From a bacterium (lineage in GTDB: Bacteria > Babelota > Babeliae > Babelales > JABGSX01): DNA of 57,997 bases. Positions 9,066 through 19,562 of the stretch are shown here, in pieces. The stretch lies in contig JABGSX010000013.1 of NCBI GenBank assembly GCA_018647505.1, positions 1 to 57,997 of the forward strand, written 5' to 3'. Each line of letters starts with the position of its first letter. The first letter of the stretch is position 1. Under the pieces are notes generated by a model. That model did no database searches, was not told the origin of the DNA, and worked only from the letters and a program-made list of their open reading frames with translations. The translations under genes were made by a program, and so were the position numbers.

Positions 9066-10103
9066 TTATGACGGAATAATTCCATATTGTGCTCTTGCTT
9101 GTGCTGTTGCTGAGCCGTCCCAAAGAGCTTTTTTAAGAAGGTCTTTTTTTGTAGTGATATTTGCATCTTGTTCTTCGATTTCTAAAAATTCAACCGATCC
9201 AGATTCAACGTCCTCTGCAACTTCTGTGTAAAATTCCATAGGAAGTTCTGATCCAGATATTTCTAATAATTTGCAGACTTGCATTGTCAGGGACCAATAA
9301 AGGTCATTAATATCTGCCGGGTCGGTTATGATGTTTGTTTGAACACAGTTTTGTATTCCAGCAGCGATTGATCTTACATTTGGCCAAATATGCTCAGGTT
9401 CTTGTGGACTCCATACAAGTTTATTTAAACAATGGTCCAAAAAGCGTATACATGTTTGACGTAGCTTTTCTTCAGAAATTGATCCGTCAGAGTTTTGGTT
9501 TAATTTTACAGCTTGTACAATTTCCTTAGCTAGTGATTCTATAAAATCAGATGGTTCATCTTTTAGTAGATTAAATTTGTCTAACAGATATTTATAGATT
9601 ACATTTTTGATTTTCTTTAAAATGTGTTCTTCCTGTTGTGGTTCTTCTTTTACGAAATATTGTTTTAGAAGTTCGGGCATTTGTTGTAAAAACTCGTTAA
9701 AAGCATAAGCGTTAACAAAAGAATGTTCTTTAAGTTTTATTAAAAACATTTTTGTAATAGCTTGTGGATAAATATTTTTTTGTTTTGTTTTTACACCGAA
9801 TTCCATAAATTGTTTCAGGTGCTCAAGAGAATGTGGAAGAAAGTTTTTGTATTCTTTGTGATTGAATGTGTGGTGAATAAAGCATTTTACACCCTGTGAT
9901 GTAAATTTAATTGGTGAAAAGAAATGTTCAATTAGGTTTTGTTGATCGTCCAGTGATACAACTACTCCATCATCAATTATGATTCCCGCTTGGGAACTTT
10001 GTGAAAAAGATTCTTGATAAACTTGAGCTTTTGCTTTATGAATAGTAACGAGTAAAAAAAGAAGAAGAAAGGAAAGTGCCTTTGTATGATTAAAAAGTTT
10101 CAT
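9066..10103 (-). CDS. Secreted helical hypothetical protein
   Basis: Likely start MKLFNH at 10103 (AGGAGG upstream); signal peptide ending AKA. Confidence 0.6.
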   Translation of the reverse strand: MKLFNHTKALSFLLLFLLVTIHKAKAQVYQESFSQSSQAGIIIDDGVVVSLDDQQNLIEHFFSPIKFTSQGVKCFIHHTFNHKEYKNFLPHSLEHLKQFMEFGVKTKQKNIYPQAITKMFLIKLKEHSFVNAYAFNEFLQQMPELLKQYFVKEEPQQEEHILKKIKNVIYKYLLDKFNLLKDEPSDFIESLAKEIVQAVKLNQNSDGSISEEKLRQTCIRFLDHCLNKLVWSPQEPEHIWPNVRSIAAGIQNCVQTNIITDPADINDLYWSLTMQVCKLLEISGSELPMEFYTEVAEDVESGSVEFLEIEEQDANITTKKDLLKKALWDGSATAQARAQYGIIPS

Positions 10104-10217
10104 AAAAACCCCTCCTGTATTTTTTTGATTAGAACAGACAATATTTCCAGGCCATGCTAACATAAAAAAATTGAATTGTACAAGACGCAAAGAAGGGGGC
10201 TCGAAAAGTAAGGACGA

Positions 10218-11429
10218 TTGATGGCATTATACTATTACAGAGGTTTTACAAGGAACGAAAAAAAGGTAAGCGGTCAGATTGATGCGCAGTCTGAACAGGA
10301 AGTTAAAAATTCCTTGGAAAAACAAGAAATTTTTCCTATCCATATTGTTCTTGCAACGAAGGTGCGACAAGGCTTTTCTTTTAAAAGTCTTTTTTCTCGG
10401 GCTGTTTCAATTAAAGATAAAATTTTATTTACAAAGCAATTGGCTGTTCTTCTTAAGTCTGGAGTTCCTCTTTTACAGGCCATTGATCTTTTAAGTGAAC
10501 AATTTGAAGGTAAATTTAAATCAATTTTAGTTGAGGTAAAAGACGGCCTAAAGGAGGGAGCCTCGCTTGCAAATTGCTTGAGTAAATATCCACAAATATT
10601 TGATAAAACATATGTACAACTGGTAAATGCTGGAGAGGCTAGCGGAAAGCTGGAAAGTATATTAGATCGTCTGACTGGTTACTTAGAGCGTCGAGAGGAA
10701 ATAACAAAGAAGGTAAAAAAAGCTTTTTCATACCCATTGTTTCAACTTTGTTTGACGATGGCTGTTGTAACGGTTTTGCTAGCTTTTGTTGTTCCCCGCT
10801 TTGAGAAAGTTTTTAAGTCGCAAGGTAAAGACCTTCCTGAGGCAACAAGGCTTTTACTTTATATCTCTTCGCTTTTTACCAAACACTATATTCTTTTATT
10901 TTCGATTTTATTGGCTCTAATAGCAGGGTTGTACTATTGGTCAAAAACACCAAAAGGCGGGTATATAATCGATAAAGCAAAGTTGCACATTCCAGTTATT
11001 AGTTTTTTTACCAGGATGAGTGCTGTTGTTCAGTTTTGCAGCACCCTAGGAATGTTGCTTGAGGGAGGTGTTAATCTTGCTGAGGCGTTGGATATTGTGT
11101 GTAAAATTATCGACAACAAAATTTTGGCCGACACGCTTAATGAGGCTCGGGATAAAATTGTAAAACAAGGAAAGATTTCTCAGTATTTAAAGCAAACAAA
11201 AATATTTCCACCAATAGCTGTTTATTTAATAAATACAGGGGAGCAAAGTGGTCATTTGGACCAGATGTTGTTAACTGTTTCAAAGAACTATGAGGTTGAG
11301 CTTGCAGAGTTGTCAGATAGTTTGGCTGCAAAAATTGAACCGGCCATGTTACTATTTATGGCTGGGATTGTAGGGTTTATAGTCATGGCTGTTATGATGC
11401 CGATTGTTGATGTAACAAATCTTTTATAA
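10218..11429 (+). CDS. gspF: Type II secretion/T4P inner-membrane platform protein GspF/PilC
   Basis: FTKQLAVLLKSGVPL, AGEASGKL, GEQSGHLDQML, IEP; two T2SSF domains with TM helices. Confidence 0.92.
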   Translation: MMALYYYRGFTRNEKKVSGQIDAQSEQEVKNSLEKQEIFPIHIVLATKVRQGFSFKSLFSRAVSIKDKILFTKQLAVLLKSGVPLLQAIDLLSEQFEGKFKSILVEVKDGLKEGASLANCLSKYPQIFDKTYVQLVNAGEASGKLESILDRLTGYLERREEITKKVKKAFSYPLFQLCLTMAVVTVLLAFVVPRFEKVFKSQGKDLPEATRLLLYISSLFTKHYILLFSILLALIAGLYYWSKTPKGGYIIDKAKLHIPVISFFTRMSAVVQFCSTLGMLLEGGVNLAEALDIVCKIIDNKILADTLNEARDKIVKQGKISQYLKQTKIFPPIAVYLINTGEQSGHLDQMLLTVSKNYEVELAELSDSLAAKIEPAMLLFMAGIVGFIVMAVMMPIVDVTNLL

Positions 11430-11441
11430 CAAGGAGTTTTT

Positions 11442-11864
11442 ATGATAAGAAAAAGTGCTTTAAAACCTGGTCTTACTCTTATTGAAATGGTTGTTGTATT
11501 AATGATAATTGGTATTTTTGCAGCGATAGCAGTTCCAAGTTACTTCAAATTTGTTTCTATCGTACAAGAACGAAAAGCAACCAGCGATCTTAAAATGCTT
11601 TCAACAAGTGTTAAGACATATCATTTAACAATGATGCGTTGGCCTGATAAGTTGGAAAATTTGGTTGAGGCTCCAGCAGATGAAAACTTGCGCAGAAAAT
11701 GGGGCAAGGGTGGATTTTTAGAGGGAGACGAGTTGCCTATTGATCCGTGGGATCATTCATACGAGTATGAAAAGGTTCATGGAGAGGCTAAGCCATATAA
11801 AATTTGGTCGTATGGCTCTGGTGGAGAGGATGCTCCTGAGGAAGATTGGATTTATGCAAAATAA
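11442..11864 (+). CDS. gspG: Major pseudopilin GspG
   Basis: G|LTLIEMVVV prepilin site; P..LENLV.AP; DPW.H.Y.Y; SYG.GG. Confidence 0.88.
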   Translation: MIRKSALKPGLTLIEMVVVLMIIGIFAAIAVPSYFKFVSIVQERKATSDLKMLSTSVKTYHLTMMRWPDKLENLVEAPADENLRRKWGKGGFLEGDELPIDPWDHSYEYEKVHGEAKPYKIWSYGSGGEDAPEEDWIYAK

Positions 11865-12393
11865 ATCCTTAGGATTTGCTCTTATAGAATTAATTATTGT
11901 CATTCTCATTTTGGGAATAGTTGGCGGGACGGTTATACCTCGATTGCGGTATAACCGTCCCCAGGACGATAGAAAAAAACTGTATGAAGATGTTAATGAA
12001 CTGACGCAGTTGGCATGGCAAAATGCTATGCAAACACGCAAAATACACAAAGTTATTATGGATTTTAAAAAAAGGCTTGCTTGGGTTGAGTCGCTAGAGG
12101 ATAGAGAAAAAGGTGAGCCTAAAGTGGTGCCATCTATCGACAAAGTTTCTTGGCCAGGGGGTCTGGAAGTTGTAGAGTTTTTTATAAATGGAGAAGATGA
12201 GCTGCGCCACCATCATGGACATAAAAATGCAGATGATGCATGGTTTTTTATTGTTCCGGATGGATTGTGTCAGTCGGTCATAATAAATATAATTGATCCA
12301 AGAGAAAATGATGATGACCCGGCTCATATGAGTTTTGTTTTAAATCCGTTTTTGGCTCAATTTGAGATGTATGATGAATTTAAAAGTCCGTAA
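11854..12393 (+). CDS. Minor pseudopilin (GspH-like)
   Basis: Start MQNKSLG|FALIELIIV at 11854; follows gspG. Confidence 0.75.
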   Translation: MQNKSLGFALIELIIVILILGIVGGTVIPRLRYNRPQDDRKKLYEDVNELTQLAWQNAMQTRKIHKVIMDFKKRLAWVESLEDREKGEPKVVPSIDKVSWPGGLEVVEFFINGEDELRHHHGHKNADDAWFFIVPDGLCQSVIINIIDPRENDDDPAHMSFVLNPFLAQFEMYDEFKSP

Positions 12394-12856
12394 AAATCTG
12401 TTACGAATGATTTTTAGCAAGAAAAGAGCAAAGCAATCAGGCTTTATGTTGGCCGAAGTTGTTATTGTTTTGTTGCTTGTTGGATTTGTGTTTTCTTCAT
12501 TGCTTGTTTTGGAGGGGACGATAATAAATAGTGTTCGTGTATCCAGAGAGGCGCTTGAGACATTGGCTATTCTAGAAAATTACTCAAATAAAATTATGCC
12601 GTTTTTGTCTGGAAATGTGTTGCATCGGGACGAGAAAATAAAAAAGGTGTTAACTGTAAAAAGTAATGAGCAAAGCTTGTCAAAAGAGATTTTGCAGTAC
12701 AAGGATAAAAAAGATTCAACAAGTCAATTCATAAGACAGTATGACGGACTGGATTGTGGAGTGTTGAATTTGGCCATACATAGTGGGGTTGAGACTTTGA
12801 AAAAGCATGTTCAGTTGTTTTTTTATAACCCTTCAAAAGAAGGTGAAGAAAAATAA
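12362..12856 (+). CDS. Minor pseudopilin (GspI-like; start uncertain)
   Basis: KQSG|FMLAEVVIV prepilin motif. Confidence 0.7.
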   Translation: MRCMMNLKVRKNLLRMIFSKKRAKQSGFMLAEVVIVLLLVGFVFSSLLVLEGTIINSVRVSREALETLAILENYSNKIMPFLSGNVLHRDEKIKKVLTVKSNEQSLSKEILQYKDKKDSTSQFIRQYDGLDCGVLNLAIHSGVETLKKHVQLFFYNPSKEGEEK

Positions 12857-13824
12857 TGAGAAGGGGCTTTGTTTTAATTGATGTTATTTTAGCGATAACA
12901 ATTTTTTCTGTTATTAGCGCGATGTTGTTCTCTGTGTTTTTTCAGACAAACAATATATTTGAGCGCATCGATTCTTTGATTAGTTGTCATATAAAGGGAA
13001 CAACGTTATCAATGGTATTAAAGCGTGATTTTTCTGGTGTGTTTATTCCAATGTATTCTGAGCCATCGAAGGAACAGAAGCACCCTGGACCCCCAAAAAA
13101 GGACGAACAAAAAAAGGATGGATCGGATGAAAAAGAATGGCCAGAGCCGGAGAATGTTTTTCTGTTTAAGAAGGGTGAAGGCAAACCGTTTGATTTTTTG
13201 ACGTTTATAACAAGCAATCCTATTGAGGCTTTCGGAGTTTCAAAGCCAAGAGTTGCGAGGATTGTTTATCTAATGGACAAACGCGATGACGGTACGTTTA
13301 AGTTTAGGCGATTTGAGAGTGATAAACTTGAGTTTGACGTGGAAAAAGTGCCGGGTGAATACAAAGATAAATCGTTTGTAGTTGTTGAGAAAATAAACAA
13401 TTTTTCTATTAAGTTTGGTGTTTTTGCTTTGCCAAAGCGTGATGATGATAAAAAACAGGCAGAAGAAAAAAAAGATAAGAAAGACAAGAAGAAAGAGAAT
13501 AAACCTGTTGACCTGCAATATAAAACTTACAATGTTTGGCCATTAGACGATGAGCAAAAGGATGACAAGCTTGATTTGGATCAAAAAATTCCAAATTGTG
13601 TTGAGTGTGAGTTTATGTTGTATGACGATGATAAAAAGTTTTATATGGTTGTGCCTATGTATGCTGCTACACCATTTGTCCAGATTAATTCTACCAAAAC
13701 AGTTCCCAAGAAGGCTGATGATGTGAAGGCAATAGAAAACGTGAAGAATATGATTAATAAACAAACTGGCGATAAAGATAAAAACGATAAAGAAAAGAAT
13801 GCTCAAGGGGCTTCTGTTGGATAG
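12856..13824 (+). CDS. Minor pseudopilin (GspJ-like)
   Basis: MRRG|FVLIDVILA (Asp at +5); LKRDF; size and position after the GspI-like gene. Confidence 0.7.
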   Translation: MRRGFVLIDVILAITIFSVISAMLFSVFFQTNNIFERIDSLISCHIKGTTLSMVLKRDFSGVFIPMYSEPSKEQKHPGPPKKDEQKKDGSDEKEWPEPENVFLFKKGEGKPFDFLTFITSNPIEAFGVSKPRVARIVYLMDKRDDGTFKFRRFESDKLEFDVEKVPGEYKDKSFVVVEKINNFSIKFGVFALPKRDDDKKQAEEKKDKKDKKKENKPVDLQYKTYNVWPLDDEQKDDKLDLDQKIPNCVECEFMLYDDDKKFYMVVPMYAATPFVQINSTKTVPKKADDVKAIENVKNMINKQTGDKDKNDKEKNAQGASVG

Positions 13825-13878
13825 TAAGATTGCTCTTAAAAATAATAATGTCTGCTGGTTATCGCAAGGGAAAAAATT

Positions 13879-14958
13879 GTGATGATAAAGCGTCATAACC
13901 GCGATGGATATATGATATTATTAGCCATGATGTTTATCGCGGCCATGGTTGTACTTGTGACAAGGCTTGTTCAAAAATGTTCCATATACACAAGCTATGT
14001 TGAAACAGTATGCGCAAGAGAGCGTGCGCAGAATGTTGCTATGAGCGGATTAAACATTGCGCTTGCGCAGTTGGGTGGTCCACCAAAAAAAGAAAACGAA
14101 AATAAAGAAGAGGGTGGCAAAGATGAAGATCCGAACAAAAAATATTTTCAGTGGATTGCGCCTTTAATAAATTATTGGCAGGCCTACAATTTTACCGAGA
14201 AGAATGAAGGGATAGATGCGAAGTTGAAAATTTGTATTTGTGTTGAGTCGGGAAAGATAAACATAAATGATTTATATGATTTTAAAGAAAAAAAGTTTGT
14301 AGATGAGGGTGGCAAGGCCGTTTATAAAAAAGCGTTTTCAAAGAGACTTTTCGAGTGGTTGGAAAAAATTACAGAAAAAAATATTTGGAATTTGTTTGAA
14401 AAGATTTTGAGTAAAAGGAAATACCCATTTAATGATGTTACAGAATTGCTTGACGACAGTGAGATCAGAAAGGTTTTTGGGGATCGCATTTTTATTGATT
14501 CTGTAAATTATTTAGATAAAGATAAAAATGAAAAAGAAACAAAATCAATTTTTTTGACGGATATTTTCACTGTTTGGCCAACGCAGGACAAAAGAATTAA
14601 TCCGTGGGTTTTATCAAGTAGTTTGTGTTCGTTTTTTGGTTTAGAACAAGATTTTGGGGTCGATCTAAAGGCGCAACGAGAAAACGCGGCGGATTGGTTG
14701 AAAAAATTTTCGGCAAGTAGTAATTGGAAAAAAGATTGGGACAATTCGTTAGCCATAAAATACAAAAAAAAGGCACAGGTTTTACCTTCTGGTTTTTTTG
14801 ATATACTGAGTGATAAATTTGAAATAGATATTTTCTCTGTGTTATGCTACGGAAAAGTTGGACAAGTTGAGCAAAAACTATTAGTAATATTACAAAGAGA
14901 TGCTTCAACGACGCAGGGAAAAATAGAGTTTAAAATAAAGAAGTTATATTGGCTTTGA
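13879..14958 (+). CDS. gspK: Minor pseudopilin GspK-like
   Basis: RDG|YMILL without E5; A..A.SGL..A; ESGKININ motif; INPW. Confidence 0.75.
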   Translation: MMIKRHNRDGYMILLAMMFIAAMVVLVTRLVQKCSIYTSYVETVCARERAQNVAMSGLNIALAQLGGPPKKENENKEEGGKDEDPNKKYFQWIAPLINYWQAYNFTEKNEGIDAKLKICICVESGKININDLYDFKEKKFVDEGGKAVYKKAFSKRLFEWLEKITEKNIWNLFEKILSKRKYPFNDVTELLDDSEIRKVFGDRIFIDSVNYLDKDKNEKETKSIFLTDIFTVWPTQDKRINPWVLSSSLCSFFGLEQDFGVDLKAQRENAADWLKKFSASSNWKKDWDNSLAIKYKKKAQVLPSGFFDILSDKFEIDIFSVLCYGKVGQVEQKLLVILQRDASTTQGKIEFKIKKLYWL

Positions 14959-14973
14959 AAAAAAGGAAAGATC

Positions 14974-16605
14974 TTGCGTATAAAAACAGAAACGCGGGTG
15001 GGATTATTCATTTTGGTTGCACTCGCCATCTTTTTTTACATGACCTTCCATATTGGGGTTTTTCGTTTAAATGTTAGTTCTTATAGTCCTTATTTAATAA
15101 ACTTTAAGGATGTGTCTGGACTTGCGCCAAAGGCTCCTGTAAAGGTGGCCGGTGTTAAAGTTGGGTGGGTTGAAGACATTTACCTTGTGGAAGATGATTA
15201 CGATGTGCAGGCAAGGGTCATGATTAAAAAGACCTGTATTCTTCGCTCTGATAGCTCTGCCATTGTGCGTCAAGATGGTGTTTTGGGAACAAAGTACCTA
15301 GAAATTGTTCCTGGGGACCCGTTGCTTCCATCGCTTTCTGCGGGGGCGACGCTTGGAAAACCAAGCCGAGAGCTTGTCTCAATAGATGAACTTCTATATA
15401 AATTCCAGTCCATAGCTAACAATGTTGATGATGTAACTTCTGCGTTAAAAGATGTGTTTGGCTCAGAGGAAAACAAAAAGCGATTGACTGATTCTATGAA
15501 GAATATGGACTATGCAATTGAACGTTTTGCCGCCGTTACAGAATCTTTAGATAGGACAATGGCCAACAATGAAACCAATATAAATATTATTTTGGAAAAT
15601 TTCCGAGAGTTTTCTGTTGACGCAAAAGATATTTTACCATCGCTTAAGGGTGACATAAGTCGTGTTGCAAATAGACTTGATTCCGATGTATTTCCTGCAT
15701 TCCAAGAGAGTATGGAGAGAATATCAGAGGTTTTTGATAGAGACTTTAACAGGGTGGCCACAAAACTTGAGGGAACAACGTTCTCATTAGAAGAAGCAGC
15801 AGAGCAGGCCCGTGATAGCTTTAGGTCTTTACATTCTGTTACGCAAAAAATAGATGACGGAAAAGGCCTGATTGGTAAGTTGGTTAACGAAGAAGAGGCT
15901 TATCATGACATTCGTGTTGCTGCGCGTGGACTTAAAAACTACTTCTCAACAGTTGATAGCATGGGAATTGTTATAGATTCACATTTTGAATCTATGTTTA
16001 GACCAGCTGAAAACTTTAAATATCAAGACTCAAAGGGATATTTTGGTGCGAGAATTCACCCGTCTCCGGATTATTTCTACCTTATTCAACTTATGGGGAA
16101 TCTCAAGGGAAATATTGAAAGAAAGACATCTTATAGGAGCTGGTATGACGAAGATAACCGCCCAATTGACTACAAGACTTTAAGTCTGTCTGACGGGGAA
16201 AAGCTTTACTATGCTCCGCGGATAGACGATCTTACTGTCGTGCGTGACAAGTGGAAACTTGGCGTTCAGTTTGGTAAAATATTCAAAGACATAGCTGTAA
16301 GGGCAGGGTTGTTTGAGGGTACCCTTGGTGTTGGCGTAGACTATGACATTCCGTTTAAATCGGATGCATTCAGATGGGTAACAACACTTGAGGCCTTTGA
16401 CTTTAGAGGTCGTGACAGAATTGATGACAGTAGGCCTCACCTGAAGTGGCTTAACCGTCTGTTTGTTATGAGAAATATATACTTTACCTTTGGTGCTGAT
16501 GACTTTATTAGCAAGCAAAATGCAAACGCATTCTTCGGTGTTGGATTACGATTTGATGACGATGATCTTAAATATGTATTGTCTGGTATCGGTGGCGTTG
16601 GATAA
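14974..16605 (+). CDS. MCE/MlaD family protein with coiled coil and C-terminal beta-strand domain
   Basis: ETRVGLF TM; F.DVSGL...APV.VAGVKVG.V; GVLGTKYLEIVPG. Confidence 0.85.
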   Translation: MRIKTETRVGLFILVALAIFFYMTFHIGVFRLNVSSYSPYLINFKDVSGLAPKAPVKVAGVKVGWVEDIYLVEDDYDVQARVMIKKTCILRSDSSAIVRQDGVLGTKYLEIVPGDPLLPSLSAGATLGKPSRELVSIDELLYKFQSIANNVDDVTSALKDVFGSEENKKRLTDSMKNMDYAIERFAAVTESLDRTMANNETNINIILENFREFSVDAKDILPSLKGDISRVANRLDSDVFPAFQESMERISEVFDRDFNRVATKLEGTTFSLEEAAEQARDSFRSLHSVTQKIDDGKGLIGKLVNEEEAYHDIRVAARGLKNYFSTVDSMGIVIDSHFESMFRPAENFKYQDSKGYFGARIHPSPDYFYLIQLMGNLKGNIERKTSYRSWYDEDNRPIDYKTLSLSDGEKLYYAPRIDDLTVVRDKWKLGVQFGKIFKDIAVRAGLFEGTLGVGVDYDIPFKSDAFRWVTTLEAFDFRGRDRIDDSRPHLKWLNRLFVMRNIYFTFGADDFISKQNANAFFGVGLRFDDDDLKYVLSGIGGVG

Positions 16606-16617
16606 ACTTGTTTGATA

Positions 16618-17457
16618 TTAAGAAGAATTGGGCCCTGAGCTTTGTTTCAGGGTCCTTTGTTTTATACTCCATTGCCTAAAGATATTTTTAATATACGCAA
16701 GTCTATTAATCTGTTCTTGGGCCTGTGCCATATTGCTTTCGCTTATAAAAAACACTCGTCCAAGATAAAGTCTTCTAATCCATCTAGAAAAGTTGATAAA
16801 TCTCTTAAGCCTAGAAAGTTCTTTATCTATATCACGGTTGAATTTTATAAGCGGTGAAACTTCGTCGGTTGGATTGCCAAGGTCTGTATATTTTTGTTGG
16901 ACTGCAAGAAGGAGCTCTGATTGGAGATTATCATTTGATATCGATAAAAGTTTTTCTGTGCTAATCTCGCTTTTCCAATTGCCCCAGTTGTTATTATTTT
17001 TTATCGATGCTTTTGTGGATTGTAACGGTGCAAATATTCCCAAATAGGTGATCAAAATTGCTGCTATAAAAAGCTTTTTTTTGTCCATTTTTACAATGTG
17101 TTCCATCCATGATGCAGCCTGTTCTTTTCCTCTGCGCATGAGGTCTTCAAGAAATAAAATTGTACTTGAAGAGTAGGCTGTAAGGGCGGCATCGCTTTTA
17201 TTCTTTAAGGTGGATTCTTGCCTGCAATTAAGGCGTTGTGTTTGTTTTGAGTCATTTTCTAGGCAGGGGCTTACTTCGAATGTTGGGTTTATGTTGATTT
17301 CTGGTTGAAAATGTATGGGGATTGAAAGTTCTGTAATTCCTGACGGAATTTTTATTTTTTTTGTCACATCTGCTTCTTTAGTCGAAAACATTTGAAATGG
17401 TATACTCAATAAGAAAAATAAAAATTGTATCAATAAAAAGGACTGTTTCACTTGCAT
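16618..17457 (-). CDS. Hypothetical exported/membrane protein
   Basis: 279 aa; N-terminal signal and an internal TM (LFIAAILITYLGIF). Confidence 0.55.
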   Translation of the reverse strand: MQVKQSFLLIQFLFFLLSIPFQMFSTKEADVTKKIKIPSGITELSIPIHFQPEININPTFEVSPCLENDSKQTQRLNCRQESTLKNKSDAALTAYSSSTILFLEDLMRRGKEQAASWMEHIVKMDKKKLFIAAILITYLGIFAPLQSTKASIKNNNNWGNWKSEISTEKLLSISNDNLQSELLLAVQQKYTDLGNPTDEVSPLIKFNRDIDKELSRLKRFINFSRWIRRLYLGRVFFISESNMAQAQEQINRLAYIKNIFRQWSIKQRTLKQSSGPNSS

Positions 17458-17556
17458 CTCCTTTTTTAGAGGGTTGTAGCGTTTAAAATGATCGTTGTAA
17501 GTTTATAAGTTATTTATAAAAAATAATCAATATTTTAATTTTTTTTAGGATAGTTT

Positions 17557-18225
17557 GTGTGTAGCGAAGAAGAAAAAAAGTTTGTTGAGTATTTAAAACA
17601 ATTTGTTACAGATAACAAAAAGAACAAATTTAAAGAAGTTTTAGAGTGGAGAACTCGGCATATAGCGGTTGTCCTTGAAGATATTTATCAGCCTTTAAAC
17701 GCAAGTGCAATTATTAGATCATGTGATTGCTTTGGAATACAAGATCTGCATGTTGTTGAAAATGTTAACAGGTTTAAAGATACTCAGGGGGTCTCAAGAG
17801 GCGCTTTTAAATGGGTTAATGTTGAACGCCATACTTCTCTTGACGACGCGGTTAAATTTTTTAAGAAAAATAAATATTCGCTTGTTGTTACCTCTCCAGC
17901 TGCTAAAAAATCTATTTGTGATTTACCATTAAATAATAAAGTAGCCCTTGCATTTGGGACTGAATGGACCGGCGCAAGTGATGAGCTAATTGAAAAAGCT
18001 GACGACCTTGTTTCAATTCCAATGTGTGGTTTTACAGAGAGTTTTAATGTTTCTGTTAGTGTGGCTTTGTGCTTATATGAGCTTACGAGTAGATTGCACA
18101 AATCTGATATCAAATGGAGGCTAACTGAAAATGAAAAGCAAGGCATGATTTTTCAATGGTTAAAGGCTGTGGTTAAAGATCCAGAAAAGTATAAAAAATA
18201 TTTCAATAAAAAAAGTGAAAAATAG
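17557..18225 (+). CDS. trmH: TrmH/SpoU family tRNA 2'-O-methyltransferase
   Basis: VLEDIYQPLNASAIIRSCDCFG; FGTEWTG; IPMCGFTESFNVSV. Confidence 0.88.
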   Translation: MCSEEEKKFVEYLKQFVTDNKKNKFKEVLEWRTRHIAVVLEDIYQPLNASAIIRSCDCFGIQDLHVVENVNRFKDTQGVSRGAFKWVNVERHTSLDDAVKFFKKNKYSLVVTSPAAKKSICDLPLNNKVALAFGTEWTGASDELIEKADDLVSIPMCGFTESFNVSVSVALCLYELTSRLHKSDIKWRLTENEKQGMIFQWLKAVVKDPEKYKKYFNKKSEK

Positions 18226-18304
18226 GCCTTGAAAAAGGAGAAAAACAAAACATACTTAATATATTAGTTCATCATTATTATTTTTCTTTTTTTATGGAGA
18301 ACCT

Positions 18305-18852
18305 ATGTGAAATCGCTCATTATTATTTTCTATTTTGTTTTGTTTTGTTTTATTTAGTTTTGTTGGAATGATGGCAACAGGTGACTCAGCCGAACATGTG
18401 CTAGTGGAGCCTCGGTATCTTTTTTCTCTAGAAGTTTCTGGCGAAAACAAGGTAGATTTAGCAAGGGAAATTGCAACAGGTTTTCGCGACGGGGGAAGTC
18501 CAACCATGTTTATGACAGATGGTCCAGAAAAAGGCTTTATGTGCGTATTTATTAGTTCGCCACAAAAAAGCCTTGAAGTTGCAGGAGTATTATCCCAGTG
18601 CCTCGGTGATGCAATGCATGGCTGTGAATTGAGTGAGCTAGCGTAGTAAATATAAAAAGGGGAATAGTATTGAATGCTTAGTGGTCAGATTGCTTTCGTA
18701 TTCGCGTGAAATTGGGGGTGAGCGGGGTTCTGATATTGTTCCGTAAGACAAAAAAGGTAAGATCTTTAGATGACGAAAGAGTTAAATTTCTTAAGCGTCG
18801 CTTAATCGACGATGGAGATCCGGTTGATTTGCGACGTTCCCTATATGATTGA
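18305..18852 (+). pseudogene. Decayed secreted-protein gene
   Basis: GGAG RBS then ATG-TGA (18305-18310) in frame with the signal-like NRSLLFSILFCFVLFSFVGMMA and ORF 18335..18646; coding-like fragments in shifted frames continue to ~18852. Confidence 0.4.
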
Positions 18853-18877
18853 GGATGGAGTAACGCAATGTACAACT

Positions 18878-18905
18878 AAAAAGCCGCAATAATTTGCGGC
18901 TTTTT
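18878..18905. terminator. Bidirectional intrinsic terminator
   Basis: aaaaagccgcaa...ttgcggcttttt. Confidence 0.85.
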
Positions 18906-18930
18906 ATATTTTCGGTTCTTTGTGTAAAGC

Positions 18931-19503
18931 TTATGCAGCTGTAGCTGCTGCGCTTGTTTTTTCTGTGATGATTTTCTCTGCTTTTTCTTTTGCTTTTCCT
19001 TCTAATTTTTCAAGAAGTGCTTGAGCTTTTTGCTTGAGTTCTGTTGGAATGTAGGTATTTCTTAATGATTCCTCAAGTTTTCCTGCAAGTTCAGCGTCAT
19101 TTTCAAGTTCAGGATTTTCTAATAATGCTAGAACTTCTTTGTATTGATCCATTGTGTTTCTGTATTCGTTAACACGTGTTCTTTCGGCTGCATTTTTTGA
19201 GTCGCTCCATATTACATAAGCCATGCCACCAATCATTGCTGCCCATACACCTGCAATAATTGCTCTTTCTGAATCGGCTGCAAGCCATTCTGTTGTTGCT
19301 CCACAGGCTTGTTTTGTGCCATTCCAGATTACAGTTGCTGATTTTTCAACAATATTTAGAGCCGGAGTGAGAAACTTAGCAAGACGAGGTGTGTTTTGTA
19401 TGGCCATCTCACTTTGGATAGCTTGTGCAACACCTTCGCTGGCTGTTTGTGTGATGCTAGCTGTAAGCAAAGTTGTAAGTAAAAGTAATTTTATTTTGGA
19501 CAT
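18931..19503 (-). CDS. Exported protein with internal TM and coiled-coil C-terminus
   Basis: Signal MSKIKLLLLTTLLTAS; TM AIIAGVWAAMIGGMAYVIW; GGAGG RBS. Confidence 0.65.
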   Translation of the reverse strand: MSKIKLLLLTTLLTASITQTASEGVAQAIQSEMAIQNTPRLAKFLTPALNIVEKSATVIWNGTKQACGATTEWLAADSERAIIAGVWAAMIGGMAYVIWSDSKNAAERTRVNEYRNTMDQYKEVLALLENPELENDAELAGKLEESLRNTYIPTELKQKAQALLEKLEGKAKEKAEKIITEKTSAAATAA

Positions 19504-19562
19504 AAATCCTCCAAATAAAAAGGAATTTAGAAAATAAAAATAAAGAACCTATTTAATTATTC

